Part shown: piece by piece, positions 25,927 through 35,144 of the stretch | How the letters are laid out: each line of letters starts with the position of its first letter | Numbering within the stretch: the stretch's first letter is position 1 | Assembly: GCA_003818595.1 (NCBI GenBank) | Contig: RPQV01000002.1 | Span: forward strand, 1-38,628 | DNA from: Calditrichota bacterium | GTDB taxonomy: Bacteria; Zhuqueibacterota; Zhuqueibacteria; Residuimicrobiales; Krinioviventaceae | DNA length: 38,628 nt | Reading direction: 5' to 3' | The notes under the pieces: model-generated | What the model saw: only the letters and a program-made list of their open reading frames with translations | The model's database searches: none | Told to the model about the DNA's origin: nothing | Translations under genes and position numbers: made by a program

Positions 25927-27327
25927 TCAGCTGCTTTTGACCATCGGAAGCCCATATTTCTTTGCCTTACGATAGATGGTCGCCCTACCGATGCCTAACT
26001 GTTTTGCGGTTTTGGAGATATTTCCTTCACATTCCAATAAAGCCTGACGCAACGCTTGTTCTTCCAATTTTTCAATCCAACTGGCCAGTGTATTGTCGGC
26101 TTCATAAATTCTTTTCTCCCCCAATGCCCGAACAGCAGGCGGAAGATCTTTGGCAGATATTTCTATACCGGTCGCCAATACGACAGCTCGTTCCATCGCA
26201 TTCTCCAGCTCACGCACATTTCCCGGCCAATTATAGGCCATCATCAGCTCGAGAGCATCTGAAGAAATACTGTCAATTTCTTTACTCTCTTGTTCATTGT
26301 ACTTGTTGAGAAAATGCGCAGCCAAGAGGGGAATATCATCTTTGCGTTCCCTTAATGAAGGCAGTTTGATGGGAAACACCGAAATCCGATAATACAGATC
26401 TTCGCGGAAACTACCATTCTTCATCTCTTCTTCGAGGTCTTTATTGGTCGCTGAAATAACGCGTACATTAACCTTAATTAATTCATTGCCGCCGACGCGT
26501 TCGAATTCACGCTCCTGAAGAATGCGCAGGATCTTTGATTGGGTCGCCGGCGTCATGAGTCCAATCTCGTCCAGGAAAATAGTGCCGCCATCAGCCTGCT
26601 CAAATTTGCCGATTCGCCGACCTGAAGCACCAGTAAACGAGCCCTTCTCGTGCCCGAATAATTCACTTTCCAATAATGACTCTGGTAATGCAGAACAGTT
26701 GACTGCAACAAAGGGTTTGTTGACACGGGCTTTGGAATGAAAATGGATCGCGCGCGCGATCAGCTCTTTGCCCGTTCCGCTTTCCCCTTGAATCAATACA
26801 GTCACGTTGCTGTTGACAACTTTTTCAACCGATTTAAAAACATCCTGCATCATACCGCTCTGCCCGACAATGTTTTTAAAGGTGTATTTGTTTTTCAATT
26901 CAGATCGCAGTTCGGTCACTTCTTTTTGCAGCGAACTGTTAATCAGCGCATTCTGCACAGTGACGAGGAGACGATCACGAGCAAACGGCTTGGTCAGAAA
27001 ATCGTAAGCGCCCAGCTTCATGGAATTCACTGCTCGTTCAATCGTCCCATGAGCCGTCATCATCACCACGGGAATTCGTCCGTCTTCTTCTTTGATTCGT
27101 TTTAATGTCTCAATGCCGTCGATGCCCGGCATCTGGATGTCGATCAGAACCAAGTCAGGCAGTTCTTCTTTAATCAATTTTAAACACGCTTCTCCGCTGA
27201 GAGCAGTTTTTATCTCATATTTTCTCTCTTTACGAAGACTGGCCTCGATCATCTTGCATATGTTTTTATCATCATCGACGATGAGAATTTGCGGTCTGTT
27301 TTTTTCTTCCACTTTAAATGTCTCCAT
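25927..27327 (-). CDS. sigma-54-dependent response regulator (NtrC/AtoC family enhancer-binding protein)
   Basis: Canonical REC domain (ILIVDDDKN, DLVLIDIQMPGIDG, VVMMTAHGT, DFLTKP). AAA+ domain with Walker A GESGTGKE, GSFTGA (GAFTGA variant), and FLDEIG. C-terminal Fis-type HTH NISKTAKQLGIGRATIYRKAKKYGL. Confidence 0.9.
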   Translation of the reverse strand: METFKVEEKNRPQILIVDDDKNICKMIEASLRKERKYEIKTALSGEACLKLIKEELPDLVLIDIQMPGIDGIETLKRIKEEDGRIPVVMMTAHGTIERAVNSMKLGAYDFLTKPFARDRLLVTVQNALINSSLQKEVTELRSELKNKYTFKNIVGQSGMMQDVFKSVEKVVNSNVTVLIQGESGTGKELIARAIHFHSKARVNKPFVAVNCSALPESLLESELFGHEKGSFTGASGRRIGKFEQADGGTIFLDEIGLMTPATQSKILRILQEREFERVGGNELIKVNVRVISATNKDLEEEMKNGSFREDLYYRISVFPIKLPSLRERKDDIPLLAAHFLNKYNEQESKEIDSISSDALELMMAYNWPGNVRELENAMERAVVLATGIEISAKDLPPAVRALGEKRIYEADNTLASWIEKLEEQALRQALLECEGNISKTAKQLGIGRATIYRKAKKYGLPMVKSS

Positions 27328-27369
27328 CTAAAACAATAAACAGAATTTAGCAGGAAACTAAACAGTAAC

Positions 27370-27398
27370 ATTATAAGAAATATTATATTATTACGCAA
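27370..27398 (-). promoter_or_regulatory. candidate sigma-70-type promoter for the NtrC-family gene
   Basis: The minus strand reads TTGCGT (27398-27393), a 17-nt spacer, then TATAAT (27375-27370). It lies about 45 nt upstream of the ATG at 27327. Pattern match only. Confidence 0.4.
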
Positions 27399-27428
27399 GC
27401 TTTTTTTGTATAATTATGAGACAGTGTC

Positions 27429-28448
27429 TCAAATTATTTTCTCAATCAGAGACACAAATTCCCGATCTTGCTGTATTTTTAATGTTATTCGCACCCGATA
27501 CAAGACTCCACCCAGCCATTCGGGATTCAATTTCACCCAATCCTTTTCAGTAGTCAAAACAACATCGGGGCAAAGTCGTCCAACGGCATTTTCAATAACA
27601 GACATATCGTCGTCTGTATAGAAATGGTGATCTTTGAACGCAAAAAATGCACAAAGGTTCATTTTCACCAGCATACGTTTAAAATGTTCAGGATGGGCAA
27701 TACCGCAAAAGGCAATAACATTTTTCCCATACAAATCATGAGGAAAAAGTATCTCATCGTTCGAATTTATACAGTCTACCCACTGATAATCAGCCGATAC
27801 CAATAGCTTACCCGATATCGGCATGGGTGGCAGGGAACTGCTATTTTCACCATTGATGATGATGATATCAGCTCGATGAAGATTCCTCTTTGGTTCCCGA
27901 AGTGGTCCGGCCGGTAAACCAAAACCATTGCCAAAAGGGCTGTCTCTCTTCATCAGAACGATGTTAAGGTCTCTGGCAATTCTACGATGCTGAAAAGCGT
28001 CATCTAAAATAATGACATTACAATGGTAATTACAAATAGCCAATTGGGCTGCCCGTACCCGATCAGCATCAACGATCACGACTGCTCCTGGACAGTTCTT
28101 CGCCAGCATAAGCGGCTCATCGCCCCCCTCCTGCGAGACAGCAAAAACTCGCCGGCCATCCGATACCACGACCGTATCCGAGATGGACCTCCCATATCCT
28201 CGGCTGACAATGGCTACCGATTTATCAGATTGCAGCAACAGGTTGGCCAGAAATTGAACGGTTGGCGTTTTGCCGGTTCCTCCGACAGTGACATTCCCGA
28301 CGCTGATCACCTTGGCGTTTACGCGATAACTCTTAAAAAGCCCCACATTGTAAAGCAGATTTCTGATTTGAACAATTGAATAATACAGCATGGAAAACGG
28401 TAATAATAAAACCGCCGGCCACTTATTTTCCAACCATTTCATCGACAT
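27429..28448 (-). CDS. lpxK: tetraacyldisaccharide 4'-kinase
   Basis: VISVGNVTVGGTGKTP P-loop and ILDDAFQH. The start trimmed to MSMKWLENKW (ATG 28448, or ATG 28442) overlaps the DUF374 gene stop by 20-26 nt. Confidence 0.85.
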   Translation of the reverse strand: MSMKWLENKWPAVLLLPFSMLYYSIVQIRNLLYNVGLFKSYRVNAKVISVGNVTVGGTGKTPTVQFLANLLLQSDKSVAIVSRGYGRSISDTVVVSDGRRVFAVSQEGGDEPLMLAKNCPGAVVIVDADRVRAAQLAICNYHCNVIILDDAFQHRRIARDLNIVLMKRDSPFGNGFGLPAGPLREPKRNLHRADIIIINGENSSSLPPMPISGKLLVSADYQWVDCINSNDEILFPHDLYGKNVIAFCGIAHPEHFKRMLVKMNLCAFFAFKDHHFYTDDDMSVIENAVGRLCPDVVLTTEKDWVKLNPEWLGGVLYRVRITLKIQQDREFVSLIEKII

Positions 28449-29085
28449 CCGCCAATAGTTTCCGCATCTTCTGCTCCACCATAGTCCGCTTCTCTTCCAC
28501 TTCCTGTTGACCCATTTTTCTGGGCAATTTGATAGGCTCCCCATAAATTAACAGGACACGCGAAAACGGACGCCAAAGGGTAAAACGATCCCACGATTGA
28601 ATCGTAATGGCCTTTTCAGCCGCAAAGGTTATCGGAAGGATGACAGCGCCCGATAGTTGAGCGAGCAAGATAGCCCCGCTTTTGATTTCAAGCGCCGGAC
28701 CTTGGGGCCCATCAGGTAAAATAGTGCAATGTTCACCTCGACGCAAATGATGAAGCATATCTCGAAACGCCTTCCTGCCTCCCCGCGTGCTCGATCCTCG
28801 GACAGTGCGAAATCCTAATCGGGTGACGGTCTGGGCAATAATTTCTCCGTCCGTATGTTCACTCACCATGGCAACTACACGTTGTCCACGATGGATGTAG
28901 ACAGGAAGTAACATTCGACCATGCCAGGCAAGAAACAAAATAGGTGCCTTTGAAGCGTATGCCTGTCGTAAAAATCGACCATTCTTGACGGTGATACGAG
29001 CTGTTTTACCCAGCAACAGAATCAACAACCAGGCTGTCTTGAGAGCAATATATTGCACCACCTTTTTTAACTGTTTCTTATTCAT
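28423..29085 (-). CDS. DUF374-family (lysophospholipid-acyltransferase-like) protein
   Basis: LAWHGRML, VSEHTDGEIIAQTVTRLGFRTVRGSSTRGG, and ILPDGPQGP match my memory of the DUF374 signature. Confidence 0.65.
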   Translation of the reverse strand: MNKKQLKKVVQYIALKTAWLLILLLGKTARITVKNGRFLRQAYASKAPILFLAWHGRMLLPVYIHRGQRVVAMVSEHTDGEIIAQTVTRLGFRTVRGSSTRGGRKAFRDMLHHLRRGEHCTILPDGPQGPALEIKSGAILLAQLSGAVILPITFAAEKAITIQSWDRFTLWRPFSRVLLIYGEPIKLPRKMGQQEVEEKRTMVEQKMRKLLADVDEMVGK

Positions 29086-29097
29086 AGGAATAATCAG

Positions 29098-30228
29098 TTA
29101 AATCATCTCTAAAATCATTTCAGCCGTTCGCGCCCCGGCGCCTGGTTCACCCAGTAATGCCCGAACACTCCCCAGATTTTCTTTCATTTCCTCTCTGAAC
29201 CTTTTATCAAACAAACAACGAGTCATTTCTTCAGCCAGAAACATCGGATTCATTGAATCTTGAATATACTCCCGCACAATTTCCCGTCCTGCGACAATAT
29301 TAACCAAACCGATGTGCGGAACTTTTATCACCTGCTTACCAATCCAGTAGGATAATCCTGAAACCTTGTAAACCATGCAAAAGGGCGTTTGGAAACAGGC
29401 GGCTTCCAGAGTGGAGGTACCCGATTTGACAATCGCTGCAGTTGAATATTTGAGCAATTCATAGGTATGTTCCGGCACCACACAAAACCGGCGTTCCCCA
29501 ATCATCATATCAAGCTGTTTTCTATCAATAGTCTCTGCCTGACTGACCGCGATCTGCAGGTGAGGGTATTTATGAATCAATAAATCAGATGTTCTGAGCA
29601 TTATCGGTAAAAGATGCTCAATCTCCTGCCGCCGACTACCCGGGAACAAACCTAAAACTGGTTGATCAGGAATTAAATCATATTGATGGTAAAAATCCTC
29701 TGGCGTAAGTTTAATTTCTAAACCATCCATTAATGGATGGCCGACAAACCTGGCGTCAATACCATAATGGGTAAAAAAATTAACTTCAAAAGGAAAGATG
29801 ACCGCAATCCGATCAATAAAGGAGGCCATTTTTTGGGCTCGACTGACATGCCAAGCCCATACTTGTGGGGCAATGTAGTAAAAAATGGGAAAACCCAGGG
29901 CTTTCAATTTTCGAGCAAATCTCAAGTTAAAGCCGGGATAATCAATCAGAACCACAAGATCAGGTTGTCGAAGAAGTGCAATTTTTACCATCTGGTAAAA
30001 CATTTTTCTAAAGTCAGCCAAATGTCTGATGATCTCACCAAACCCGATAAAGGCCAAATCTTTCACATGATAAAGCAGTTCTACGCCACCATGTTGCATG
30101 CGATCACCGCCAATTCCAAAAACTTCGAGTTCAGGCGCCCGCCTTTTCAATTCTTCCACCAGACGCCCGCCATGAAGGTCACCCGAAGCCTCTCCGGCGA
30201 TAATCAATATTTTTTTTACCCCGGCCAT
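29098..30228 (-). CDS. lpxB: lipid-A-disaccharide synthase
   Basis: KILIIAGEASGDLHG, IDYPGFNLRFARKLK, and YYIAPQVWAW. The start at MAGVKK (ATG 30228) follows AAGGA and lies 1 nt after the upstream stop. Confidence 0.9.
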   Translation of the reverse strand: MAGVKKILIIAGEASGDLHGGRLVEELKRRAPELEVFGIGGDRMQHGGVELLYHVKDLAFIGFGEIIRHLADFRKMFYQMVKIALLRQPDLVVLIDYPGFNLRFARKLKALGFPIFYYIAPQVWAWHVSRAQKMASFIDRIAVIFPFEVNFFTHYGIDARFVGHPLMDGLEIKLTPEDFYHQYDLIPDQPVLGLFPGSRRQEIEHLLPIMLRTSDLLIHKYPHLQIAVSQAETIDRKQLDMMIGERRFCVVPEHTYELLKYSTAAIVKSGTSTLEAACFQTPFCMVYKVSGLSYWIGKQVIKVPHIGLVNIVAGREIVREYIQDSMNPMFLAEEMTRCLFDKRFREEMKENLGSVRALLGEPGAGARTAEMILEMI

Positions 30229-30229
30229 A

Positions 30230-31222
30230 CTATCCTTGCGCAACAGCACCGGCCGCTATTTTTTCCCGTATCTGCATGGCAATCTTGAGGGCTTCATATC
30301 CGTCCTGCGCAGTCACCAGCGGACATTGATGCGAATCAATCGCTTTGAAAAAGCTTTGCCACTCTGCTTGCATCGCATCCTGCTCCGGAACAGGCGGTTT
30401 TTCATAAAGGATGTTTTTTTGATGTTTGCCTTTTTCAATCTGCCCCAGATTGATAGCTGCCGATGATTCGTCATGACTATCTGTCAGCCGGAATATTTCC
30501 GTCAACCTCAATAAAAAATCAATTGAAATATAAGCATCTCTTTGGAAAATCCGCATCTTGCGCATTTTCCGTTGTGAAATTCGGCTGGCCGTGACGTTGG
30601 CGACGCAGCCATTGGTAAATTCGATTCGCGCATTAGCAATGTCCGCTTCGTCCGAAACAATGGCTACGCCATTGGCATGAATTTGACTAACCGGAGCATT
30701 GATGAGACTCAATATGATATCGATATCATGAATCATTAAATCCAGAATCACAGCGACATCAGTTCCTCTCGGATCGAACGGCGCCAACCGATGTGATTCG
30801 ATAAACAAGGGATTAAGCTCATATCCATCGAGTGCTCTGATTGCCGGATTAAATCGTTCTATATGTCCAACTTGGACAGGAACATTTATCGCTTGCGACA
30901 ACTCGACGATTTCTTTGGCCTCTTCTAATGTCGAAGTAATTGGTTTTTCAACAAAAACAGGTTTGCGTGCATCCAGTGCTGCCTTCACCACCTTGAAATG
31001 ATGGCTGGTGGGCACAATCACTCCTACGATATCCACTTTGGCAATCAATTCCTCTTCGCTCTCAAATGGAATGCAATGGTACTGTTGCGCCAACTCTTTT
31101 TTCCTGGCAAGATCACTGTCATATATGCCGATCAGCTCAGCCTCGGATAGTCGAGATAATGCATTACAATGAAAATTGCCCAATTTGCCGACGCCGATGA
31201 CTCCCACTCGCTTTTTCATCAT
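30230..31222 (-). CDS. Gfo/Idh/MocA-family NAD(P)-dependent oxidoreductase
   Basis: Rossmann N-terminus RVGVIGVGKLGNFH, EKP in VFVEKPIT, and a C-terminal alpha/beta domain. It is directly coupled to lpxB. Confidence 0.75.
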   Translation of the reverse strand: MMKKRVGVIGVGKLGNFHCNALSRLSEAELIGIYDSDLARKKELAQQYHCIPFESEEELIAKVDIVGVIVPTSHHFKVVKAALDARKPVFVEKPITSTLEEAKEIVELSQAINVPVQVGHIERFNPAIRALDGYELNPLFIESHRLAPFDPRGTDVAVILDLMIHDIDIILSLINAPVSQIHANGVAIVSDEADIANARIEFTNGCVANVTASRISQRKMRKMRIFQRDAYISIDFLLRLTEIFRLTDSHDESSAAINLGQIEKGKHQKNILYEKPPVPEQDAMQAEWQSFFKAIDSHQCPLVTAQDGYEALKIAMQIREKIAAGAVAQG

Positions 31223-31524
31223 TTTCCCTTATCCATTTTTATATTATCAGATGAATTTACAACTATTTCTCCACTTATCAAAACAAACTCGTGCACTCTG
31301 CCTGCTCCAACAGTTGATTTTCCGTTCAATTCTCTTCACTCTCACCGCAATGATCCTGGGCAAGATTGGCATGAAAATCAATTTCTAACATTTTGAAATC
31401 ATTTGCGTTTGCGCGAGGAAATTTTTATTTTATATAGACCTATGTCACCAACCAATTTCACCCTTAACAACAACCCGTATACAGTGGAAAACCAGAGGGT
31501 CTTGATTGATTCTTCCAAACCAAA

Positions 31525-31902
31525 ATGAAAGGCAAAAACATGGTGACCACCAAAGTTGAAACCTATCGTGATCTTATTGTCTGGCAAAAAAGTCACGAAC
31601 TTTCGTTGGAGCTCTTTAAATCCAGGCTTTCAAAGAAAGAGTTTGATACACTGGCAACAAAAATTCGGGACGTGTGCACAACTATCCCCTCAAACATTGC
31701 TGTCGGTTTTAACAAACGAAGTAAAAACGCCAAACTCCATTATTATCGGACGGCTCTGAACAGTCTTGAAGAGCTCGAATACTTGTTATTATTGGCGAAT
31801 GATTTGGGAATGCTGAAAAACTATGAGACGCTTATGGAAACACTGGAAAGCATTTCACACATGCTGAGAAGGCTCATCCGTTCCAACTCACCATCTTCAT
31901 AA
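31525..31902 (+). CDS. four-helix-bundle protein (23S rRNA intervening-sequence protein family)
   Basis: YRDLIVWQKSHELSLELFK and LNSLEELEYLLLLANDLG are typical of this family. The start could also be ATG 31540. Confidence 0.7.
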   Translation: MKGKNMVTTKVETYRDLIVWQKSHELSLELFKSRLSKKEFDTLATKIRDVCTTIPSNIAVGFNKRSKNAKLHYYRTALNSLEELEYLLLLANDLGMLKNYETLMETLESISHMLRRLIRSNSPSS

Positions 31903-31924
31903 TGCAAAAATATTGGAGGCTTTC

Positions 31925-33109
31925 ATGGAATTAAATGCCATTCAGGCGGAATTACGAGATAAAAAGCTGGACGGTTGGTTATTTTATGATTTTCATAATC
32001 GCGATCCCATCGCCGCTCGTGTTCTGAACATGGACACTTCTCGTTTTGCTTCCAGACGCTGGTACTATTTTATTCCGTCACAAGGCGAACCGAAAAAGCT
32101 GGTGCATCGCATCGAACCATGGCGCTGCGATCATCTGCCAGGCGAAAGAATGATTTATCTTTCCTGGCAACAACAGCAACAATTACTGCAGACTATCTTG
32201 AAAGAGTGCCGACAAATCGCCATGCAATATTCTCCCCAGAATGCTATTCCTTATGTATCCATCGTGGACGCCGGTACTATCGAACTCATCAGAAGCTTCG
32301 GCGTTGACGTGGTTTCGAGTGCAGATTTAGTTGGTCGTTTTGAAGCACATCTGTCCATGGAAGATTGGCGCAGTCATCAGGAAGCAGGCCGAATTCTGCA
32401 GATGGTCAAAGATGAAACTTTTCGTCATGTTGTCCGCAGAGTCAAGAATGGAGAACGACCCAAAGAAGTGGAAATTCAATCCTGGATGCATGATCTTATG
32501 CATAAAAACGATCTGCACTGGGAAGATGGACCCATCGTCGCAGTGAATGAGCATGCAGCGGACCCTCATTTCGAACCGACGTCAGAGAACAGCTTTCACA
32601 TTAAAGAGGGTGATCTGTTGCTGCTGGATCTTTGGGCAAAAAAAAATATATCCGGAAGTATTTATTATGATATTACCTGGATGGCTTTTCTGGGCAAAAG
32701 TGTCCCCTTCGAACTGGAAACCATCTTTCAGGTTTTGGTTTCCGCGCGAAACACTGCATTGACGACTGTCCGCGAAAGCTTCAGCGCAGGCAAAGCGCTA
32801 TATGGTTGGCAGGTTGATGATGCTTGCCGCAATGTCGTTTCGCAAGCCGGATATGGAGACGCGTTTACTCATCGTACCGGACACAATATCGGTGAGGAAG
32901 TACACGGCAATGGAGTTCATATCGACAACCTCGAAACCAAGGATGAACGGCAAATTCTCCCCGGAACCTGTTTTTCGATTGAACCGGGCATCTATTTGCC
33001 GGAGCGAAAAATCGGTTTCCGCAGCGAGATTGACGTTTTTGTCACGGATGACGGCAAGGTGGAAGTGACGGGGGCAATACAGGAAAGAATCATCCCTCTC
33101 CTGGCATAG
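31925..33109 (+). CDS. M24-family metallopeptidase (Xaa-Pro aminopeptidase/creatinase-like)
   Basis: LLDLWA, YYDITWM, HRTGHNIGEEVHG, FSIEPGIY, and the SEIDV metal-ligand pattern. The start is at ATG 31925, 5 nt after GGAGG. The track start at 31913 is a TTG. Confidence 0.75.
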   Translation: MELNAIQAELRDKKLDGWLFYDFHNRDPIAARVLNMDTSRFASRRWYYFIPSQGEPKKLVHRIEPWRCDHLPGERMIYLSWQQQQQLLQTILKECRQIAMQYSPQNAIPYVSIVDAGTIELIRSFGVDVVSSADLVGRFEAHLSMEDWRSHQEAGRILQMVKDETFRHVVRRVKNGERPKEVEIQSWMHDLMHKNDLHWEDGPIVAVNEHAADPHFEPTSENSFHIKEGDLLLLDLWAKKNISGSIYYDITWMAFLGKSVPFELETIFQVLVSARNTALTTVRESFSAGKALYGWQVDDACRNVVSQAGYGDAFTHRTGHNIGEEVHGNGVHIDNLETKDERQILPGTCFSIEPGIYLPERKIGFRSEIDVFVTDDGKVEVTGAIQERIIPLLA

Positions 33110-33396
33110 ATTTATGTCGGAGTTGTATAAAAAGTCCATCTCAATTTCAAAAGACCGGCCCATGACATCGGGATGAGGCCTTGGGCGCGTTTCAGTGGTC
33201 ACCATTGCAAGAGCTCACACAATGCACGGGCTGCAATAGGGCTTAAATTTTGACTTGTTTGTTTCTCGGTGCGTTGGAAGGCCCTTTTATATATTTCATT
33301 TCGCATAATGACGCGAAAAGTCAATTTAATGCTTTGCAGCCTCTGCGCGACGCAGGGAATGCCTGAAATTTGATAAAACCTCTGATCAGATCCAAA

Positions 33397-35127
33397 TTAT
33401 CTCTTCTGCAACGAGCTCCAATAATTAATCTGCGCGATAACCATGATGATCGTGCCTATTTGGGTTGTGATATAGGCATAATCTCTAAATGCCTCCCAGA
33501 AATCCTTTTCCACTTTCTGCGGAACCACAATTGTGTCTCCCATTTCGACAGTGGTTTCTGATGTGGCCAGAATTTCTCCACCACCGGCTTTGACTATGCG
33601 AACTTTTTTTCTCCACGCGTCAGTGCTGAAACCGCCGGCTTTACCTAAATAATAGTCGAATTTTCGATCGCTCTCATAAGTAACTATTCCAGGATTTTTA
33701 ACTTGGCCGATCACATTGACTGTATATTCTTTAGCCGGTATAATGATTTCATCTTGGTCAATCAATGAAATATCATGTTCTGTTTTACCCTCACTAAAAA
33801 GGGCGGTGAAATTGACTGAAATCAGGCCTTTTATTTCGCGTGCCCTCGCCCGATAATAAGCTTTTTCTTGATCATCCATCTCGTTGACAAGCATCAAATC
33901 GAGTCGATCAAATTCTCGATCTTCTTTTTCAGGACCATTTCTAACAATATATGCACCATTCAGCATCGCTTCATGAGTAAAGCCTCCGGCTGCCTGAATA
34001 ATATCCGAAAGTTTAGTGGCATTTTTCGACAATGCATATTTTCCCGGATAGCGAACTTCGCCTTTGACTTCGACGGTTCGTTTTTGATGAAAATTAGAAA
34101 TTGGACGGACAAACAATCGGTCATCAGCTCTCAATTTTGTCGACATTGCCGCTTTCACACTGCTTTCATCGTTCCAATCGATGGAAATTTCTATTACCTC
34201 AACTTGACGGCCGTCAGACTGAAAACGAACAAGTTCCATTCGGCTTGAATCCGCATCCAGACGAAAACCTTGTGACAACACCAACAGATCATGAATGCAA
34301 TCCCCGGAAACAAATTCAAAATCACCCGGCGATCGGACTGAGCCATAGATGGATACTTGTGCCATATCTTCCTGAACTGATTCAACAATGATGACGTCCC
34401 CATCCAGTAAATAAGGGTTGGAATCCAAATCACCCGATACTTCATACTTGAGAATATCAGCACGCAGCGGCTCGCCATTTTTGCGTTTGATGATAACGTT
34501 TCTTTTCGAACCGACTTGACGTCCCAATTCTTCCAATTCTTCAGCTGTCAGCGTTTCTTCCGGTTGCGGTTTGCGCGTACCCGGCAATTTTTCTCGAGGA
34601 TCTTCCTCTTGGGGAAGCGATGCTGGAAGAATAACGCCGCCTGCCAATACGAGCGCATCGGAAACCCGATTCATGGCATTTACGGATACAAAGCCTGGAT
34701 AATAAACTGCCCCATTGACGGTGACGCGGAAGATTCGAAGTCTGACCAGGGAGATGTAGATATCCTGAGAAAAATACTTGCCGGCGAGCACTCTTCTCAC
34801 CTGATCCTTCATTTCAGCCAGAGTAAGTCCGTTAACATCAATCGATCCGCCAACAGGTAAAACCAACAAGCCTTCCGGTGAAACCATGACTTGCTGTTCA
34901 CTGGCGAAATCTTCACCAACGATAACACTGACAACATCACCAGGACCGACTCGATAACTTTTTTCGTCAAGCGCACCATCCAACTCCGGCGACTCGGGGA
35001 CTTGAAGCTGAGCACTCTTTTTAGATACTTTGTTCTGCAAATCCTGCAGACCTCCCAATTTGATTGCATCCTGGCTCGATCCGACGCCTATAAACAAAAG
35101 CAAAAGCAGTAGTACATTTTTTCGCAT
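33397..35127 (-). CDS. outer-membrane polysaccharide export protein (Wza/OPX family, multiple SLBB repeats)
   Basis: Signal peptide MRKNVLLLLLLFIGVGSSQ, Poly_export block YRVGPGDVVSVIV, and repeated GAV.YPG/GEVRYPGKY/GQVKNPG SLBB-like units. It ends in a C-terminal hydrophobic helix. The start is trimmed to ATG 35127, preceded by GGAG. Confidence 0.75.
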   Translation of the reverse strand: MRKNVLLLLLLFIGVGSSQDAIKLGGLQDLQNKVSKKSAQLQVPESPELDGALDEKSYRVGPGDVVSVIVGEDFASEQQVMVSPEGLLVLPVGGSIDVNGLTLAEMKDQVRRVLAGKYFSQDIYISLVRLRIFRVTVNGAVYYPGFVSVNAMNRVSDALVLAGGVILPASLPQEEDPREKLPGTRKPQPEETLTAEELEELGRQVGSKRNVIIKRKNGEPLRADILKYEVSGDLDSNPYLLDGDVIIVESVQEDMAQVSIYGSVRSPGDFEFVSGDCIHDLLVLSQGFRLDADSSRMELVRFQSDGRQVEVIEISIDWNDESSVKAAMSTKLRADDRLFVRPISNFHQKRTVEVKGEVRYPGKYALSKNATKLSDIIQAAGGFTHEAMLNGAYIVRNGPEKEDREFDRLDLMLVNEMDDQEKAYYRARAREIKGLISVNFTALFSEGKTEHDISLIDQDEIIIPAKEYTVNVIGQVKNPGIVTYESDRKFDYYLGKAGGFSTDAWRKKVRIVKAGGGEILATSETTVEMGDTIVVPQKVEKDFWEAFRDYAYITTQIGTIIMVIAQINYWSSLQKR

Positions 35128-35144
35128 TCCACGACTCCAGAATA

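Noticed and set aside
27418-27430. Palindrome gagacagtgtctc at the lpxK stop codon
   Set aside because: It is a 6-bp arm with a 1-nt centre, too tight for a stable hairpin, and has no U-run. It is probably coincidental.
29737-30288. 183-aa plus-strand ORF
   Set aside because: It is antisense to lpxB, which carries unmistakable LpxB motifs.
31525-31902. Four-helix-bundle (23S rRNA IVS protein family) gene as evidence of an rRNA intervening sequence or mobile element
   Set aside because: There is no rRNA sequence, repeat or integrase nearby. Free-standing copies of this family are common, so there is nothing unusual here.
33110-33396. 287-nt convergent intergenic region (M24 peptidase and wza-like gene ends) as a possible sRNA or terminator locus
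   Set aside because: I found only short 4-5 bp stems (for example ctgcg-cga-cgcag and ttcgc..gcgaa) and no hairpin plus U-run. No promoter-like elements or conserved RNA motif could be supported. It may deserve an Rfam or RNA-seq check but cannot be called.
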